Of a DNA stretch of 64,000 bases, positions 43,675 to 54,847 are shown piece by piece (position 1 is the stretch's first letter; each line of letters begins with the position of its first letter). The stretch is from an uncultured Gemmatimonadales bacterium (GTDB lineage Bacteria; Gemmatimonadota; Gemmatimonadetes; Gemmatimonadales; GWC2-71-9): positions 3,293 to 67,292 of the forward strand of contig CAWHZQ010000020.1 in the NCBI GenBank assembly GCA_963833905.1, given 5' to 3'. The position numbers and the translations under genes were made by a program. The notes beneath the pieces are model-generated. The model searched no databases, was not told where the DNA came from, and was given only the letters and a program-made list of their open reading frames with translations.

Positions 43675-45141
43675 ATGCTGGAGCTACCGATGCTCTCCTT
43701 GCCCCACTTCCGGATGAAGCTGCGCCGAGCCGAGCCTGGGCTCGCCCTCCTGCTGGTCCTGCTCGCCTGCAATGAGGAGCCGCTGAGCGGACCCGCGTCC
43801 CACGATGTCCCCGCCGTGAGGGACATGGCGACGGCGCCGGGGAGCAGCAGCCCTCTGGTCCTCCGCGGCACCGTCGTCACTCCGAATGGCGTGATCAAGC
43901 ATGGATACGTCGGCATCGTGGGCGGCCGCATCGCGTCGGTCTCCGACAAGCAGCCGGACATCCCCGGCGCCCTGGTCGTCAATACCGACGGGATCGTACT
44001 GCCAGGCTTCGTCGACATCCACAACCATGTGCCCTGGAACGTGCTGCCCCGCTGGCATCCCGGCCAACCGTTCACGAATCGGTACCAGTGGCGTGTTGAC
44101 CCGTCGTACCTGCAGGCGGCCGGTGTCCCTTTTGATCACGTCTCTGCCTCGCATTTCTGCGAGATGAACGCCTGGGGCGAGCTTCGCGGCCTCGTCGGCG
44201 GGACCACCTCCATCATGGCAACGCACACGTTTCCCTGTATTCATGGACTGGTTCGCAACCTTGACCTGAACAGCGGATTCTACGGCACGACCGAGCTCAA
44301 TCTCGAGCACATCATCAACGTGCTCGGTGTTCCGCCGGCGACCGACCTCCTCGGGCGAGCACAGTTCGTCGGCGGCGCGCAATTCTACATTACGAACCCC
44401 TTCTATGAGGCCCTCGTGGTCCACGTTTCCGAGGGCACGGACGCGCTGTCGGAGGAGGAGTTCACCTTCCTGCAGACGGAGTCGCTGCTGAATCCGAAGG
44501 GGGTCATCATCCACGGCATCTCGCTTGGCCCGAGCGACTTCCAGGCGATGGCGGCAACGGGCACGGCGCTGGTCTGGTCGCCGCGGAGCAACCTGGAGCT
44601 GTACGGGACGACGGCAAACATCGCCGCCGCGCTGGATGCCGACGTCGAGATCGCCCTCGCACCCGATTGGGCGATCACCGGCAGCAGTAACGTGCTCGAC
44701 GAGCTCAAGACAGCGGGCCAGTGGAATCGAGGGCACCTGGGAGGGCGACTGACTCCACGCCAGCTCGTCGACATGGTCACTTCAGTGCCCGCGCACGTTA
44801 CGGGAGTCGACGACGAAGTCGGGACCCTGCGCGCCGGATTGCGAGCCGATGTGCTGGTGCTCCGCGGGGACCCCAACGACGCCTATAGCTCGGTGTTGCG
44901 GGCGAACGCCGCCGACGTGCAACTGGTGATGATCGAGGGAGTACCGCTCTACGGTGACGGTGCCCTGATGCAGAAGTTCTGGGCACCGGCCGATCTCGAG
45001 GCAGTGAGCGTGACGAACGCATCGAAGGTGCTGGCGACGCCAGCGGCAGGTCTGTCGGTCAACGGGTTGGCCGCCACCCTGCAAGCGGCACTTCAGGCCG
45101 AAGGAACGTCGCTCGCACCGCTCACGGAGGTCGGTCCGTGA
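43675..45141 (+). CDS. Amidohydrolase family lipoprotein
   Basis: Lipobox LLAC; PGFVDIHNH, HVSEG, IIHG, WSPRSN, APDW. Confidence 0.85.
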   Translation: MLELPMLSLPHFRMKLRRAEPGLALLLVLLACNEEPLSGPASHDVPAVRDMATAPGSSSPLVLRGTVVTPNGVIKHGYVGIVGGRIASVSDKQPDIPGALVVNTDGIVLPGFVDIHNHVPWNVLPRWHPGQPFTNRYQWRVDPSYLQAAGVPFDHVSASHFCEMNAWGELRGLVGGTTSIMATHTFPCIHGLVRNLDLNSGFYGTTELNLEHIINVLGVPPATDLLGRAQFVGGAQFYITNPFYEALVVHVSEGTDALSEEEFTFLQTESLLNPKGVIIHGISLGPSDFQAMAATGTALVWSPRSNLELYGTTANIAAALDADVEIALAPDWAITGSSNVLDELKTAGQWNRGHLGGRLTPRQLVDMVTSVPAHVTGVDDEVGTLRAGLRADVLVLRGDPNDAYSSVLRANAADVQLVMIEGVPLYGDGALMQKFWAPADLEAVSVTNASKVLATPAAGLSVNGLAATLQAALQAEGTSLAPLTEVGP

Positions 45142-45152
45142 AGGCACTGGCG

Positions 45153-46637
45153 TCAGGTCCGTGCGGAGGCGCTCCTCCTCCACAAGAGATACACCGGCAC
45201 CCCGCTCGCCACGATCAGCAGGCCTGGCCAGGTAAAGAGCGGCTTCTCGAGGAGTAGAATGACCATCAGCGCAGCGTTCGCTATCAGGTAGAGCGCCGGC
45301 AGCACGGGATACCCGAAGGCCCGGACAGGCCGCGGCAGGTCGGGTCGGGTCCGTCGGAGGCGGAACAGCGCGATGGTCGTCAGGAAGTAGAACACGATCG
45401 CCGCGAAGATCACGTAGTCCAGCAGCTGCCCGTACGTGCCACTGATGCAGAGCACGCTGGCCCAGACGGCCTGCGCGATCAGCCCGAAGATCGGCGTGCG
45501 GTAGATCGGGTGGAGCGTGCCCGCCCGCTGGAAGAAGAGGTCGTCGCGCGCCATCGCGTAGTAGACCCGCGGGCCGGAGAGAATGAGCCCGTTGTTGCAG
45601 CCGAAGGTCGAGAGCAGGATCGCCACCGCCATCACCGTCGCCGCACCGGTGCCGACGGCCACCTCGATGGCCGCGGTGGCTACCCGGTCCTGCGCCGCAT
45701 ACTGGAGCCCGCGGGCGAGCACGTCGGCGCCCTGCGGGTTGCCGCTGAACGGGAGCATGTTGAGATAGGCGACGTTGGCGAGGATGTAGAGCAGGCTCAC
45801 CGCCCCGGTGCCAATCGCGAGCGCGCGGGGCAGGTTCCGGGTGGGATTCTGCACCTCGGCGGCCGCGAACGTGACGTTGTTCCACGCATCGCTCGAGAAC
45901 AGCGAGCCCACCATGGCCGCCCCCAGCACCGGGATGATGGCGATCGACCAGTCCCCTGTCCCCCAGAAGTCGGCGAAGTTGGCGGCGGCGATGTCCGGCT
46001 GGCGGAACAGCGTAAGCCCCAGCAGCACGAGCACGGCGAGCGCCCCGATCTTGGCGACGCTGAAGACCGTCTGGATCGCCGCGCCGAGCGTGACGCCGCG
46101 CATGTTGGTGGCCGTGAGCACGGCGATCATGACGATCGCCACGACCCGCTGCGGCGAGAGGCCGAGCTGGATGGCCTCGGACGCGCCGGGGAGCCGGAGC
46201 TGCCCGAGCCGCAGGAACACGTCGGGCGAGACGCCGGGCACCAGGACGCCCAGGAACTTCGCGAACGCCACCGCGACCGCGGCGATGGTGCCGGTCTGAA
46301 TGACAGCGAAGAGGGTCCAGCCGTAGAGGAAGCCCGCGAGCGGCGAGAGTCCTTCCCGGAGGAACACGTATTGGCCGCCCGCCTTGGGCATCATCGCGGC
46401 AAGCTCGGCATACGCCAGTGCGCCGGTGACGGTCATGGCGCCAGTCACGATCCAGACCAGCAACAGCGCGCCCGGTCCCCACTGGCCCACCTGCCGGCCG
46501 ATGTCCGCCGAGACAATGAAGATGCCGGAGCCGATCATCGAGCCCACGACGAGCGAGATCGCCGCCAGCGGACCGATGCCGCGGATGAACTCCGCCGAGG
46601 ACGAGCTGGCGGGCTGGGCCTTCGCCGTGGTAGCCAC
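45153..46637 (-). CDS. APC family amino acid permease
   Basis: GSMIGSGIF, YAEL..MP.AGGQY, EVQNP.RNLP. Confidence 0.93.
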   Translation of the reverse strand: MATTAKAQPASSSSAEFIRGIGPLAAISLVVGSMIGSGIFIVSADIGRQVGQWGPGALLLVWIVTGAMTVTGALAYAELAAMMPKAGGQYVFLREGLSPLAGFLYGWTLFAVIQTGTIAAVAVAFAKFLGVLVPGVSPDVFLRLGQLRLPGASEAIQLGLSPQRVVAIVMIAVLTATNMRGVTLGAAIQTVFSVAKIGALAVLVLLGLTLFRQPDIAAANFADFWGTGDWSIAIIPVLGAAMVGSLFSSDAWNNVTFAAAEVQNPTRNLPRALAIGTGAVSLLYILANVAYLNMLPFSGNPQGADVLARGLQYAAQDRVATAAIEVAVGTGAATVMAVAILLSTFGCNNGLILSGPRVYYAMARDDLFFQRAGTLHPIYRTPIFGLIAQAVWASVLCISGTYGQLLDYVIFAAIVFYFLTTIALFRLRRTRPDLPRPVRAFGYPVLPALYLIANAALMVILLLEKPLFTWPGLLIVASGVPVYLLWRRSASART

Positions 46638-47020
46638 TAGGCGCCCGTGCCGGACTGCTGGGTGGTGGGCGGCACGGCCGGCGGCACGGGCGCGGCGACC
46701 TGGTCGGACGGCTTGGACGCCTGCTCCGCCGCCTTCACCGCCTCGTCCACCACGGCCTGGCCGGCGGCCGCGAGACCCTTCATCACCTTGGCGGCGCCGT
46801 CCATGATCCCCATGGTCCCGCTGATTGCCTGGATCGGGAGCTTGCCGGCACGCATGGTGTCCTCGACCGTCTCGGTGATCTTCGCCAGGATGCCGCTCGG
46901 CCGGCCGCGCTCGGCGTACTTGCTGTCGAGGAACTCGATGAAGTCCAGGATCTGATACCCGCGCTCGTCGCTCAGCGAGTCGAGCAGCCGGCCGATGCGC
47001 TGCTTGAGGAGATCGTTCAT
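46637..47020 (-). CDS. Hypothetical protein (DUF2281-like N-terminus)
   Basis: LDSLSDERGYQILDFIEFL; overlaps the permease start. Confidence 0.6.
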   Translation of the reverse strand: MNDLLKQRIGRLLDSLSDERGYQILDFIEFLDSKYAERGRPSGILAKITETVEDTMRAGKLPIQAISGTMGIMDGAAKVMKGLAAAGQAVVDEAVKAAEQASKPSDQVAAPVPPAVPPTTQQSGTGA

Positions 47021-47024
47021 CGGT

Positions 47025-48110
47025 TCACCTTTCGCTTTCCATCCCCGAGACCACCGACACCAGCTCCGCGACGGGCGTCGTGAGAAACCGGGTGCGGGCC
47101 GCCCGGATGGCGACGCGGAGCACCACTTCCTGCAGCGGCGGCAAGGCCTGAAACGCGGCCGCCTGAGCCGAAGGAATGATCACGTACACGAAGCCAGGCT
47201 CGGGCAGTGGTCCGCGCGTGAGGAGATAGGGCTGGCCTGGCGGCATCTCGCTTCGGAGCTCGTCGGCGTTCTTGACGGCGATCACCTGCAGCCGCCACTC
47301 GAGCGTCTGTCCGACGAACCGGGTGGGCTCCGCGCGAACTTCGGCAGCGCTTACCCCGACCAGCGCACCGCTGTCGGAGACGGCGACGGCGTCGGCCGGA
47401 ATCCAGCCCTCGACCTGTACTTTCACCAGATCGCCCGAACGGGCCACAATCCGGGCGGGCGTGCCGGCCTGGAGGGTGCCGAGCGTCCCGCCTGCGGGCG
47501 TGGCGCCGAGGGCCGTCTCGCGCGCGGTCTGGACGCGGTCAGGACCGTCGGTCGGCTCTGCCGGGCCAGGGGCGGGGGCGGCCGCTCCCGCTGCGGTCGC
47601 GGCGGGCGCCCGCCGGCGACCGCGGCGCGCGCGCGGCTGCTGGGTAGTCGCGGGCTGCTGGGGGGCCGAGGTGCGAAGCGCCCGCTTGGGAATCCACCCG
47701 TTCCGGCGGACCCGGGTCCACTTCCCCTTCTGCCCGACCCGCTCGAGCAGGGTTCCCTCGCGCACCCGGCCGAGCACCGGGCCGTTGGGCGAGCGGCGGA
47801 GGTTCTCGCCTTCATCCGTGGTCACGACGAGGTCGTACCCGTCGCGCCGGGTCCGCTCGGTGGAGTTGGTGTAGATCCAGCCCTCGACCGTGGCCTCGTT
47901 CCAGCTGCCGCGGGTCCGGCCGGCCTCGACCGGCGCCCCGGCCGGAAGGGTCACCAGCGGGACGCCGTCGGGGTCCTTGTGCAGGCTGGCGGGCGCGGTG
48001 AGCGCCGTGTCCTCCTGGGCCGCGACAGGGGTCGAGAGGGCGAGGCATGCGACGATCACGCAGGCTGGTAGGCGAAGCAGCCCGGGACTAGATTGCGGCG
48101 CGTAACTCAC
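47025..48110 (-). CDS. Secreted protein with repeated SH3b-like domains
   Basis: Signal peptide; three units ending EGWI/NGWI. Confidence 0.7.
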   Translation of the reverse strand: MSYAPQSSPGLLRLPACVIVACLALSTPVAAQEDTALTAPASLHKDPDGVPLVTLPAGAPVEAGRTRGSWNEATVEGWIYTNSTERTRRDGYDLVVTTDEGENLRRSPNGPVLGRVREGTLLERVGQKGKWTRVRRNGWIPKRALRTSAPQQPATTQQPRARRGRRRAPAATAAGAAAPAPGPAEPTDGPDRVQTARETALGATPAGGTLGTLQAGTPARIVARSGDLVKVQVEGWIPADAVAVSDSGALVGVSAAEVRAEPTRFVGQTLEWRLQVIAVKNADELRSEMPPGQPYLLTRGPLPEPGFVYVIIPSAQAAAFQALPPLQEVVLRVAIRAARTRFLTTPVAELVSVVSGMESER

Positions 48111-48140
48111 AGTCCGGCATTGTAGAGCACGCGGAGACTC

Positions 48141-49693
48141 ATGTCAAACGGCAGCGCCCGGCAGCGGGTCGTCCTGGTCGTGCTGGACGGCTGGGGCTAC
48201 CGGCGCGAGCACGACGGCAACGCGATCGAGCTGGCCTCGACGCCGGTCTGGCACCGGCTCTGGGCGTCGTACCCGCGGACCCTGCTGGACGCCAGCGGCC
48301 TGGCCGTCGGCCTGCCCGAAGGGCAGATGGGGAACAGCGAGGTCGGCCACCTCAACCTCGGCGCCGGCCGGGTGGTGCCGCAGGACCTCGTGCGGATCTC
48401 CCAGAGCATCCAGAGCGGGGAGTTCTACCAGCTTCCCGCCCTGGTCGAGCTCTGCAGCCAGCTCCGGCAGTCGGGCGGCACCCTCCACCTCGTCGGGCTG
48501 CTCGGCCCGGGCGGCGTGCACGCGCTCGACCGTCACCTGCTCGCCTGCGTCGAGCTGGGCGTGCGCCAGCGGGTGCCGGCCATCGCCATCCATGGCTTCC
48601 TCGACGGCCGCGACTCCGCCGCCGACCCTCGGGGCGGAGGTCGTCCGGACGCTGCTGCTCGACATGCGGCGGATCGCGGGGACGCGGGTGGACATCGCCT
48701 CGCTCACCGGGCGCTACTACGGCATGGACCGCGACCGGCGCTGGGACCGGACCCAGCTGGCCTACGACGCGATGGTGCACGGCATCGGCACGCCGGTGGA
48801 GCATCCGGTGCTCGCCGTGCAGGCGGCCTACCAGCGCGGCGAGACCGACGAGTTCATCCGGCCGCTGGTGCACCACCGGGACGGGCGGCCCGTGGCCACG
48901 ATGCGCGACGGCGACGGCGTGCTGTTCTTCAACTACCGCAGCGACCGGATGCGCCAGATCGTGAGCGCGCTCGCCATCCCCGGGTTCGACGAGTTCGACC
49001 TCGGCCACCGCCCGGCGCTCTCCTGCGTCACCATGACGCAGTACGACCAGACCTTCCCGCTGCCGCAGGCCTTTCCGCCGTTCAGCCTCGCGCGGATCCT
49101 GGCCGAGGTCCTGGCCGACCAGGGGCGGACCCAGTTCCGGACGGCGGAGACGGAGAAGTACCCGCACGTCACCTACTTCTTCAACGGCGGATACGAGCCG
49201 CCGTACCGGGGCGAGGAGCGCTGCCTCATCCCCTCGCAGCGCGTGGCGACGTACGACCTGGCGCCGGAGATGAGCGCCGCCGGCATCACCGACGCGCTGT
49301 GCCGCACGATCGAATCGGGCCACCACGATTTCATCCTCTGCAACTACGCCAACGCGGACATGGTGGGACACACCGGCGTGCTGCCGGCCGTGATCAAGGC
49401 GGTGGAGACGGTGGACGCCTGCCTGGCCCGGGTACTCGCCAGTGCGGAGCGGGCCGGGATCAGCGTCCTCATCACCGCGGACCACGGCAACTGCGAGATG
49501 ATGATCGACCCGGTGACCGGCGGCGTGCACACCGCGCACACGACCAACCCGGTGCCGTTCGTCGCGGTGCGAGCCGGCGCCGGCGCGCCTGCGCGGCGGC
49601 GGATCGCTCCGCGACGTGGCGCCGACCGTGCTCCGGCTGCTGGACATCACCCCGCCGGCGGAGATGACCGGGCGGGATCTGCGGGAGAGCTGA
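48141..49693 (+). CDS. gpmI: 2,3-bisphosphoglycerate-independent phosphoglycerate mutase (frameshifted)
   Basis: LDGWG, GQMGNSEVGH, LDGRD, GRYYGMDRD, AETEKYPHVT, DMVGHTG, TADHGN. Confidence 0.95.
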
Positions 49694-49723
49694 AAGTGGG
49701 GGACACTTTGCGTGAGAGCGTGC

Positions 49724-50556
49724 ATGGATCAGCGTAATTCGATCGTCGCCCGTCATCCCGAGCGGAGCGAGGGACCTGCGTCCCCTCGCTCGGACCATTC
49801 CCGGACGAGATCCCTCGCTTCGCTCGGGATGACGGCGGCGGCAGCGGCGCCTGCTCCTCGCCGTCACGCTGCTCGTCGCGGCCTCCCCGCCCCGCTCGCC
49901 GCCCAGGTGGGCCACCGCCCCAGTCCTCGCCCTACCGCGACATCCGGAAGGGGCACACCGTCACCCCCATCTTCGGCCAGTTCGGCGGCTCCGGCGGGCG
50001 GTTCGAGATCGGCCCGCACGACGGGCAGATCTACGGGCTGCGGTACGATCTCCGCACCGGCTCGACGATCCAGATCGGCCTCGGGTTTGCCCGCGCCGAC
50101 CTGCAGCGGCTCATCGTCGATCCGTTCGATTCACTGTCCCGGCGCGTCTCGGGTCCGGTGGACCAGACGGTCACGTTCGCCGAGGTGAACCTCCAGCTCA
50201 ACCTGACCGGCGGGAAGACCTGGCACCGGCTGGCGCCCTTCGTCGGCGCCGGCGTGGGCCTCACCTTCCCCAGCAGCACCCCCGCCGACACCAGCAGGTT
50301 CGAGCTGGGCAAGAAGATCTACCTCGCGCCGATGGCCGGCGTGCGGATCTTCGTCACCGACCGGCTCTCGCTCCGGGGCGAGGCCCGGGCCCTGTTCCTC
50401 AAGCTCAAGTATCCCTCGACCTTCGAGGACGAGCCCGCGGCCGAGCCCGGCGATCCGCCCGACAACTCCAACGCCGTCATCACCGATGGCAATGTCAGCG
50501 AGTGGATCACCAACTCGGTGCTGCTCGTCGGGCTCGGCTACTCCTTCTCGCTCTGA
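49724..50556 (+). CDS. Outer membrane beta-barrel protein (frameshifted, start uncertain)
   Basis: Signal-like LLVAASPAPLAAQ, PFVGAGVG, C-terminal VGLGYSFSL. Confidence 0.65.
49751..49834. repeat. REP-like palindromic element, copy 3
   Basis: CGTCATCCCGAGCGGAGCGAGGGA...TCCCTCGCTTCGCTCGGGATGACG. Confidence 0.85.
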
Positions 50557-50560
50557 TCCC

Positions 50561-50983
50561 GTGGCGGCCTCGCTCTCGCGCGTCGTCGGCTTTCGCGCCC
50601 TGCACCGCTTCTTCCGGCCGGACTGGAGCGAGGCCCGGAACCGGGAGGCGTTCGGCCCCCTGAGCGAAGCGCCGGGGCACGCACACGATTATCAATGCGT
50701 GGTGACCGTGAGCGGCCCGCTCGAGGCCACACGTGGAATGGTGATGGACCTGGCCGTCCTCGACCGGGTCCTGCAGGAGGAGGTCGTGGCCCGGTTCGAC
50801 GGACGGCACCTCAATCTGGACCTGCCCGAGTTCGCCTACGGCCGCACGCTGCCGACCTGCGAGGCGATCGCCGCGCACGTGTTCCCCCGCGTGGCCGCCC
50901 GTCTGCCCGCCGGCGTGACGCTCGAGCGCGTACGCATCCTGGAGGACCCGACGCTCTATGCCGACTGCACCGGACTCCCCTGA
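50561..50983 (+). CDS. PTPS/QueD family pterin synthase (atypical active site)
   Basis: F.ALHR, GHAHDY, GMVMDL, HLNLD, PTCEAIA, VRILED. Confidence 0.85.
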   Translation: MAASLSRVVGFRALHRFFRPDWSEARNREAFGPLSEAPGHAHDYQCVVTVSGPLEATRGMVMDLAVLDRVLQEEVVARFDGRHLNLDLPEFAYGRTLPTCEAIAAHVFPRVAARLPAGVTLERVRILEDPTLYADCTGLP

Positions 50984-51164
50984 GCTCGCCCGCTGAGCGC
51001 GGGCGGCGCGCGGTGCAGGCGGAGGTGCCGGCTGTGTTGGCATCGGGCTGCGGCGCCGTCTCCACCTTCCTAGCGGAGCCCACCGGTCGCCCGGCGCAGC
51101 GGGATGGTGCAGGTCGGCAGGGCGGTGAGCGGCACACCCCAGCGCCACGGCGCGGGGGCCGCCG

Positions 51165-51579
51165 GTGCCGAGTGACCGCGCGGCGATCGCGGAGATCCTG
51201 CGGACATCGCGGCGCATCGCGGTGGTGGGGCTGAGCCCGAAGCCGGAACGGCCGAGCCACGGGGTGGCCGCATACCTCCAGCGCGCGGGCTACACGATCA
51301 TCCCGGTCCGCCCGACCGGTACCACCATTCTGGGCGAGCCGGTCCACTCGAATCTCCGGGCCGCGGCCGCCGCCGGCCCGATCGACATCGTGAACGTCTT
51401 TCGCCGGTCGGAGTTCGTGCCGGCGCTGCTCGACGACCTGCTCGCCATCCGGCCGCGCCTGGTCTGGCTCCAGGTCGGGATCCGGGACGACCCGACGGCG
51501 CGAGCGGCTCGAGGCCGACGGAATTCCGGTCGTGATGGACCGCTGCCTGGCGGTGGACCACCAATTCCTGGGGGGTTGA
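51165..51579 (+). CDS. CoA-binding protein (YccU-like, frameshift near 3' end)
   Basis: IAVVGLSPKPERPS, IVNVFRRSE, WLQVGI, VMDRC. Confidence 0.88.
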
Positions 51580-52384
51580 TGCGGATGAGAGAGGCTGTCG
51601 CCGTCGCCTTCGCCTGCCTGGCGACGCTCTGCTCCCCGCTGGCGGCGCAGCGCACGCGCGACCGGCCCACCCTCATCTTCACCGTGTCGGGAGCCTATCT
51701 CGACGGGGTCGGGCCTCTGGTCGCGTGCCCGACCAGCCGGTGACCGACGACGCCACGTGCCGCTCACGGACCATTTCGCGCTGAGCCGGAGCGTGAAGCG
51801 GACGATCGGCGCGGGCTTCTCGGGCACGTACTACAAGGGCAGCCACCTCGGGATCACGGCCGAGGCGTTTCTCCTGGGACTGGGCTACGACGACACCTGC
51901 CGGCTCGTCGGCTCCGGCCCAGTCGGCGGCCAACGTCGAGCGGTGCAACTCGATCGATGAGCAGGAGCGCTCGGCCGCCGCCGTGGCGCTGTCGGGCGGG
52001 CTGGTCTACCGGATCGCGAGCGACGAGTTCATCTCGCCGTTCGCCGCGAGCGGCGGCGGGGATCCTGGTCAACAACCAGAGCCCGCTGCTGCTCGTCGGC
52101 GAGGCCAGCAACGGCGCCGAGCTGCTTCATCTACGACGACGACAACACGGGCACCCGGCTCCGGCCCGCCTTCGTGCTCGGCGTCGGGACGACCATCGCC
52201 GCCGGCAAGGGCTACCAGCTCCGCTGGGAGGTCCGCGACAACATCGTCGGCATCCAGAGAGTCACCAGTGCCACCGCCGGCACGGGCGCAGGTGCCGCCG
52301 CACGAGACGGCCTACAAGCACATCTTCAGCCTGAACGTGGGACTCGACGTGATCCTCGAGCGCGTGCGCGGGAGACGCTACTGA
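51579..52384 (+). CDS. Hypothetical secreted beta-barrel-like protein (multiple frameshifts)
   Basis: Signal peptide ending LAA-Q; beta-strand-rich fragments in successive frames. Confidence 0.5.
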
Positions 52385-53040
52385 CCGACGGCAGCGTCCG
52401 CGGCGCGGTCCTGGCCGGGCGGCGGGGCCACCCGCTTCGGCGGCCGGCCGAAGGGCCTGGAGACGATCGGCGGCGAGCGGATCCTCGACCGGCTGGTGGA
52501 CACGCTCACCGAGGCCCTGGGCGAGCCGCCGCTGCTCGTGGCCAACGCGCCCGACGCCGGCGCGCTGGCGTCCCGGCCTTCGGGTAGTGCCCGATGTCCG
52601 CCCGGGACTCGGGGCGCTCGGCGGGATCTACACGGCGGTGGTCGAGGCGCCGGCGCCGGTCGTGTGCGTCGCCTGGGACATGCCGTTCGTGTCGGTGGCG
52701 CTGGTCCAGGCGCTCGCCGCCGGGCTCGACGTCGCACGACGCCATGCTCGCCGAAAGCGACGGCCGCCGCGGCGTGGAGCCGCTCTGCGCCGCCTACGGT
52801 CCCGCCTGCCGCGACGCCATCGCCGCCACCCTCGATGCCGGCGACCTCCGCGCCATCGGCTTCCACCAGCGCATCTCTGTCGGTATCCTCCCTCTGTCCC
52901 AGGTCCGGCGCTTCGGCGATCCGGAGCTCCTGTTCTTCAACGTCAACACCGCGGACGATCTCGCGCGCGCGGACGGACTGTGGCGTCGACACGCATCCTC
53001 TCCATCATCGGGCGGAAGAACGCCGGAAAGACCACGCTGA
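52381..53040 (+). CDS. mobA: Molybdenum cofactor guanylyltransferase (frameshifted)
   Basis: GAVLAG, RFGGRPKG, GALGGIY, AWDMPF, EPLCAAY, FFNVNT. Confidence 0.85.
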
Positions 53041-53513
53041 CCGTGGCGCTCGCGAGCGAGCTCGCGCGGCGCGGACGGCGGGTCATGACCATCAAGCACA
53101 GCCACCACCCCGCGGACGTGGACCGGCCGGGCTCGGACAGCTGGCGGCACTTCCACGAGGGCCGTGCCGAGCGGTCGCTGATCGCGGCGCCCGATCTTCG
53201 CGTGCTCTTCGAGCGCTCCCCCGACGAGTATGATCCGGTGGCCCTCGCGCGCCGGTACATGGCCGACGCCGACATCGTCCTCGCCGAGGGCTACAAGCGG
53301 GCGCCGATCCCCAAGATCGAGGTCTTCCGGCCCTCGGTGTCGCCGACCCCGATCTTCGACGCCACCGCGCCCGACGCCCACCTCTGGGCGGCCATCGTCA
53401 CCGACGATCTCGACTTCGAGTCGCCCTGCAAGGTGATCCGCTTCCAGGACACGATGTGGCTGCAGCTGCTGGCCTCCCTGACCACCGAGTGCGCGCAGGC
53501 AATCGACGGATGA
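52980..53513 (+). CDS. mobB: Molybdopterin-guanine dinucleotide biosynthesis protein B
   Basis: IIGRKNAGKTT, IKHSHH, DSWRH, AEGYK. Confidence 0.92.
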   Translation: MASTRILSIIGRKNAGKTTLTVALASELARRGRRVMTIKHSHHPADVDRPGSDSWRHFHEGRAERSLIAAPDLRVLFERSPDEYDPVALARRYMADADIVLAEGYKRAPIPKIEVFRPSVSPTPIFDATAPDAHLWAAIVTDDLDFESPCKVIRFQDTMWLQLLASLTTECAQAIDG

Positions 53514-54764
53514 CCGCGCCGCTCTCGGCCGCCGAGGCCGCGCGCCGCATCCTCGACGACGTGCGCCGCCAGCCCGCGCTCCGGGTCCCGCTCGACGACG
53601 CGCTCGACAGCGTGCTCGCCGAGGACCTCGTGAGCCCGATCGACATCCCCGCCTGGACCAACTCGGCCATGGACGGCTACGCGGCCCGCGGCGACGACGT
53701 CCGGGGCGCGTCGGCCGAGGCGCCGGTGCGGCTCCGGGTGGTCGAGGTGCTCCCCGCGGGCGCGTTCCCCACGCGCCGGCTCGAGGCAGGCGAGACCGCC
53801 CGAATCTTCACCGGCGCGCCGCTCCCCGATGGCGCCGACACGGTCGTGCGGCAGGAGGATACCGACGAGGGCGCCGAGACGGTGACGATCGTGCGCGACC
53901 GCGACGTCGGCGTCAACTTCCGGCGCGTGGGCGAGGACATCCGGCGCGGCGCCACGGTGCTCACGGCGGGAATGGCACTGGGCCCGGCGCCGCTCGGCGT
54001 GCTCGCCTCCCTCGCCGTGGCCCAGCCATTGGTCTACCGCCGCCCGCGGGTGGCGATCCTCGGCAGCGGCGACGAGATCGTGGACGTCGACCAGCCCGAG
54101 GAGATCCTGAGCGGGCGGAAGATCGCCAGCAGCAACACCCATACGCTCGTGGCGCTGGTCCGCCACGCCGGCGGCGAGCCGGTGAATCTCGGCATCGCCC
54201 GGGACACGCCCGAGAGCCTGCGCGAGCACTTCCGGCGCGCGCTCGACTGCGATCTCCTGGTCACCACGGCCGGCATCAGCGTGGGCGAGCACGACTACGT
54301 CCGCTCCGTGCTCGACGAGCTCGGCGCCGTGCAGCGATTCTGGAAGTTGCGGATGCGGCCGGGCGCGCCGGTGGGCTTCGGGCTGCTCGGCGGGATTCCG
54401 TGGATCGGCCTGCCGGGCAACCCGGTGAGCACGATGGTGACGTTCGAGCTGTTCGTGCGGCCGGCCATTCGAAAGATGTGCGGGCATCCCCTGCCCTTCC
54501 GCCGCGCGGTGCCCGTGCGGCTCGCCGAGCCGGTCTCGGTCAGGCCGAAGCTGCAGCATTTCCTGCGCGCCGATCGTGAGCGAAGCGCCCGACGGGCCGG
54601 AGGCCCGGCTCACCGGGCCGCAGGGCTCGGGCATTCTCACTTCGATGGTGCTGGCGAACGCGCTGCTCGTCCTTCCGGAGGGTCAATTCGATACGCCTGC
54701 CGGGGCAACGGTGCAGGCGATCAGGCTCGACGATCCGGTGCATCAGCTCGAGCCCGGGTTCTGA
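53510..54764 (+). CDS. moeA: Molybdopterin molybdotransferase (frameshift near 3' end)
   Basis: SAMDGYA, IFTGAP, GSGDE, LPGNPVS, QGSGILTSM. Confidence 0.95.
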
Positions 54765-54847
54765 GCTAGCGCTCGGACCTACCGGACGCGGCCCGCCTCT
54801 CCTCTCCAGCCTTCCCCCAAGTCGTCTCTGCGTCAGTCGTTGTCTCG

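Noticed and set aside
50984-51164. Unassigned GC-rich gap after the PTPS-like gene
   Set aside because: No convincing ORF, RNA motif or repeat; may be low-quality consensus
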